Shown here piece after piece: positions 62,101-64,000 of a stretch of 64,000 bases of DNA. The DNA comes from Vicugna vicugna (lineage: Eukaryota): positions 1,302,001 to 1,366,000 of the forward strand of contig MU058000.1 in the NCBI GenBank assembly GCA_013265495.1, written 5' to 3'. Position numbers and translations under genes: made by a program. How positions within the stretch are numbered: the first letter of the stretch is position 1; every line of letters begins with the position of its first letter. Below the pieces are notes generated by a model that saw only the letters and a program-made list of their open reading frames with translations, ran no database searches and was not told where the DNA came from.

Positions 62101-64000
62101 CTGTGAGTTACCACCCTTCAGTTTAGGTGGGAAAGCCATGAGCTCACATGAATTATCTCTTTTATCAATTTCATCAACTTGTGTTCACTTACTTAACAAC
62201 CATTTATTGAGAGACTAATGTTTGCAGGTTATTGGAGACTGATATAAGACACAATGTTCTCTCTCTTCAATATATAAATATTTTTTTGTAAAAGCTGAAA
62301 TTTGGTGTGAAATATCACCATGATCCTTTTTAACCTCACTTACTCAGCTGTGTTTTATTTTACTTGTTGATCCAAGCCAAGCTGATATCCCTTCTCACTT
62401 GGTAATAAGCCCTTATCTCAAAGCACGAAGGTCCCTGCTCCTGTTCACTCAGGTCAACATTTCCTATTGGCTACTCAGTTTCTCTGCATCCATTTTTGTC
62501 CCTGGCTTGCTCTCTTCTGACTCCTCTCATTTTAGTTTTTTGGCCCTGATGTTCTTTGGACTGATGCTCAAAAATACTTGTACTCTCAGATAAGAAAACA
62601 CTATAATCATGATGTTTTTACCTATCTTTTTTCCCCCTCTCATTCACAGATGTGTAACAAGAATAACAAAGCAATGAATGTTTTATACCTGGTCTTTAAG
62701 TTCACATGAAATCTTTTTATATTTCAGAGGGATTTCTGGATTCAGTATCTTCCTACTTCAACAGCAAAAACTCAGTTTTGGGAGGTACTACATCTTCATC
62801 TGTCACGATAGTTATATTGTCCTGCTACAGTGTGTAGCTATACTTCTCCCACAATAATTGTGTACTCATTATAGTCAAGAACACTGTCTAATTTATCACG
62901 GCCATCACCTCATCGAGGTTTAGCTCAAGGTCAAAGAGCGGACACTCAATAAAGATGATTGGTCCAAATCCTTTCCTTAACTAATAGATGTATGAACCTT
63001 TGTATTGGAGACATATGGATGAATTAAATCAGACAAGGTTCCCATCGTTACTGGATTTATGACCTTGAAGTTATTCCAGAAAGGGTAGACAGGAGAAAGG
63101 GAAAAATAAGGAAAGAGAATCTAACATGAGTAACTGTAACTACAGTGTGTGAAGTGATGTTAGGTATCTTACGTTTGCTGTCCCATTTAATCTTTCAGGT
63201 ATAGCTCATCACAAAGAATGTAAATTAAACTTTCATAAACATTTGTGTTGTCTCTTAATATGAAAATAAACCTAAATGATCAGCCTTTCTGGAGCATGGT
63301 CATTGGTAGTTGTTACTTCTGGGAGTTCTTTTCCTTGAGCAAAGGCAGGAGCTGAATTTGCTGTTACTGTCTGTCACACTTAGGAGTTCACCACTGCCTG
63401 TAATAAGCATGCCACTTCTTCCTCTACTAGTCTTCTCATCTGTTGGGCATTTTCTGGTAATAACTACTACTCTGTTGTATTTAGTTAAAAAAACCCCTCA
63501 TAACCAAGGATCTATAAAACTGCTTCCCCCTTTCATATCACAGTGTGCAGGCTAGATGGGAAAAATAAATAGACCTATCATAGCTATCAAGAGGAGAGTT
63601 TAGTCCTTGTTGCTCAGGCCACTTTCTTGAACTGAAAGTTTTTTTCTATTATCTATATTCTCTGCAAATTTTATATGTTAGAGCGAAGCGTTGGTGGAGA
63701 TTGACTTGGAGTAGGAACACCTGCAGGAAGCTATATGTAAACATTCATTTGACCTAAGGGATTGAAATAGCTTTTTAACATTTACTTGGAATCAAGGCTT
63801 TATCTCTAGACTAGAAGTGTAGTTGGAAACTATGCCACTAAAAAGGCAGTTTCCCTAGGAAATGAGACAGAACTTATTTAAGGAAAGGAACAATTGTGTC
63901 GAGTTAACCCAACTGGCAGTAGTGTGATTAAATCTGGGGGTGGGAGCCCCAAACCAGGCCTGGTGGAAGGTGTAAGACCACACCGTAGGAAAGTTCTCAC

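Noticed and set aside
1..64000. Non-retroviral endogenous viral element, NUMT, processed pseudogene or prokaryotic-type system
   Set aside because: No ORF or nucleotide segment resembled viral, mitochondrial, rRNA or known mRNA sequence to me. Highly degraded copies cannot be excluded without tBLASTn.

Overview
Mammalian nuclear DNA, AT-rich and CpG-depleted, most likely from a camelid (Vicugna, Lama or Camelus). The clade call rests on a tRNA-Ala-derived Vic-1-type SINE at 976-1130, camelid-type L1 3' ends, and the absence of any Alu, Bov-tA/BovB, Can-SINE or PRE1 element that I could see. I find no credible protein-coding gene: the supplied ORFs are short, and the ones I inspected either fall in repeats or resemble no protein I know. 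The window reads as a gene desert or very long intron. It carries many ancient interspersed repeats (MIR, L2, old L1, MaLR MLT1, ERVL/ERV1 LTRs, hAT MERs), separated by repeat-free blocks dense in HOX/PBX/MEIS and other homeodomain motifs. It also contains an orphan CpG island (~13.05-13.66 kb), a strong CTCF motif (9970-9982), and a possible minus-strand spliced non-coding transcript. Repeat family names are recalled from consensus sequences and their boundaries are approximate (tens of bp). I found no evidence of a new enzymatic or biological system; the best leads are regulatory elements, the lncRNA candidate and retrotransposition oddities.
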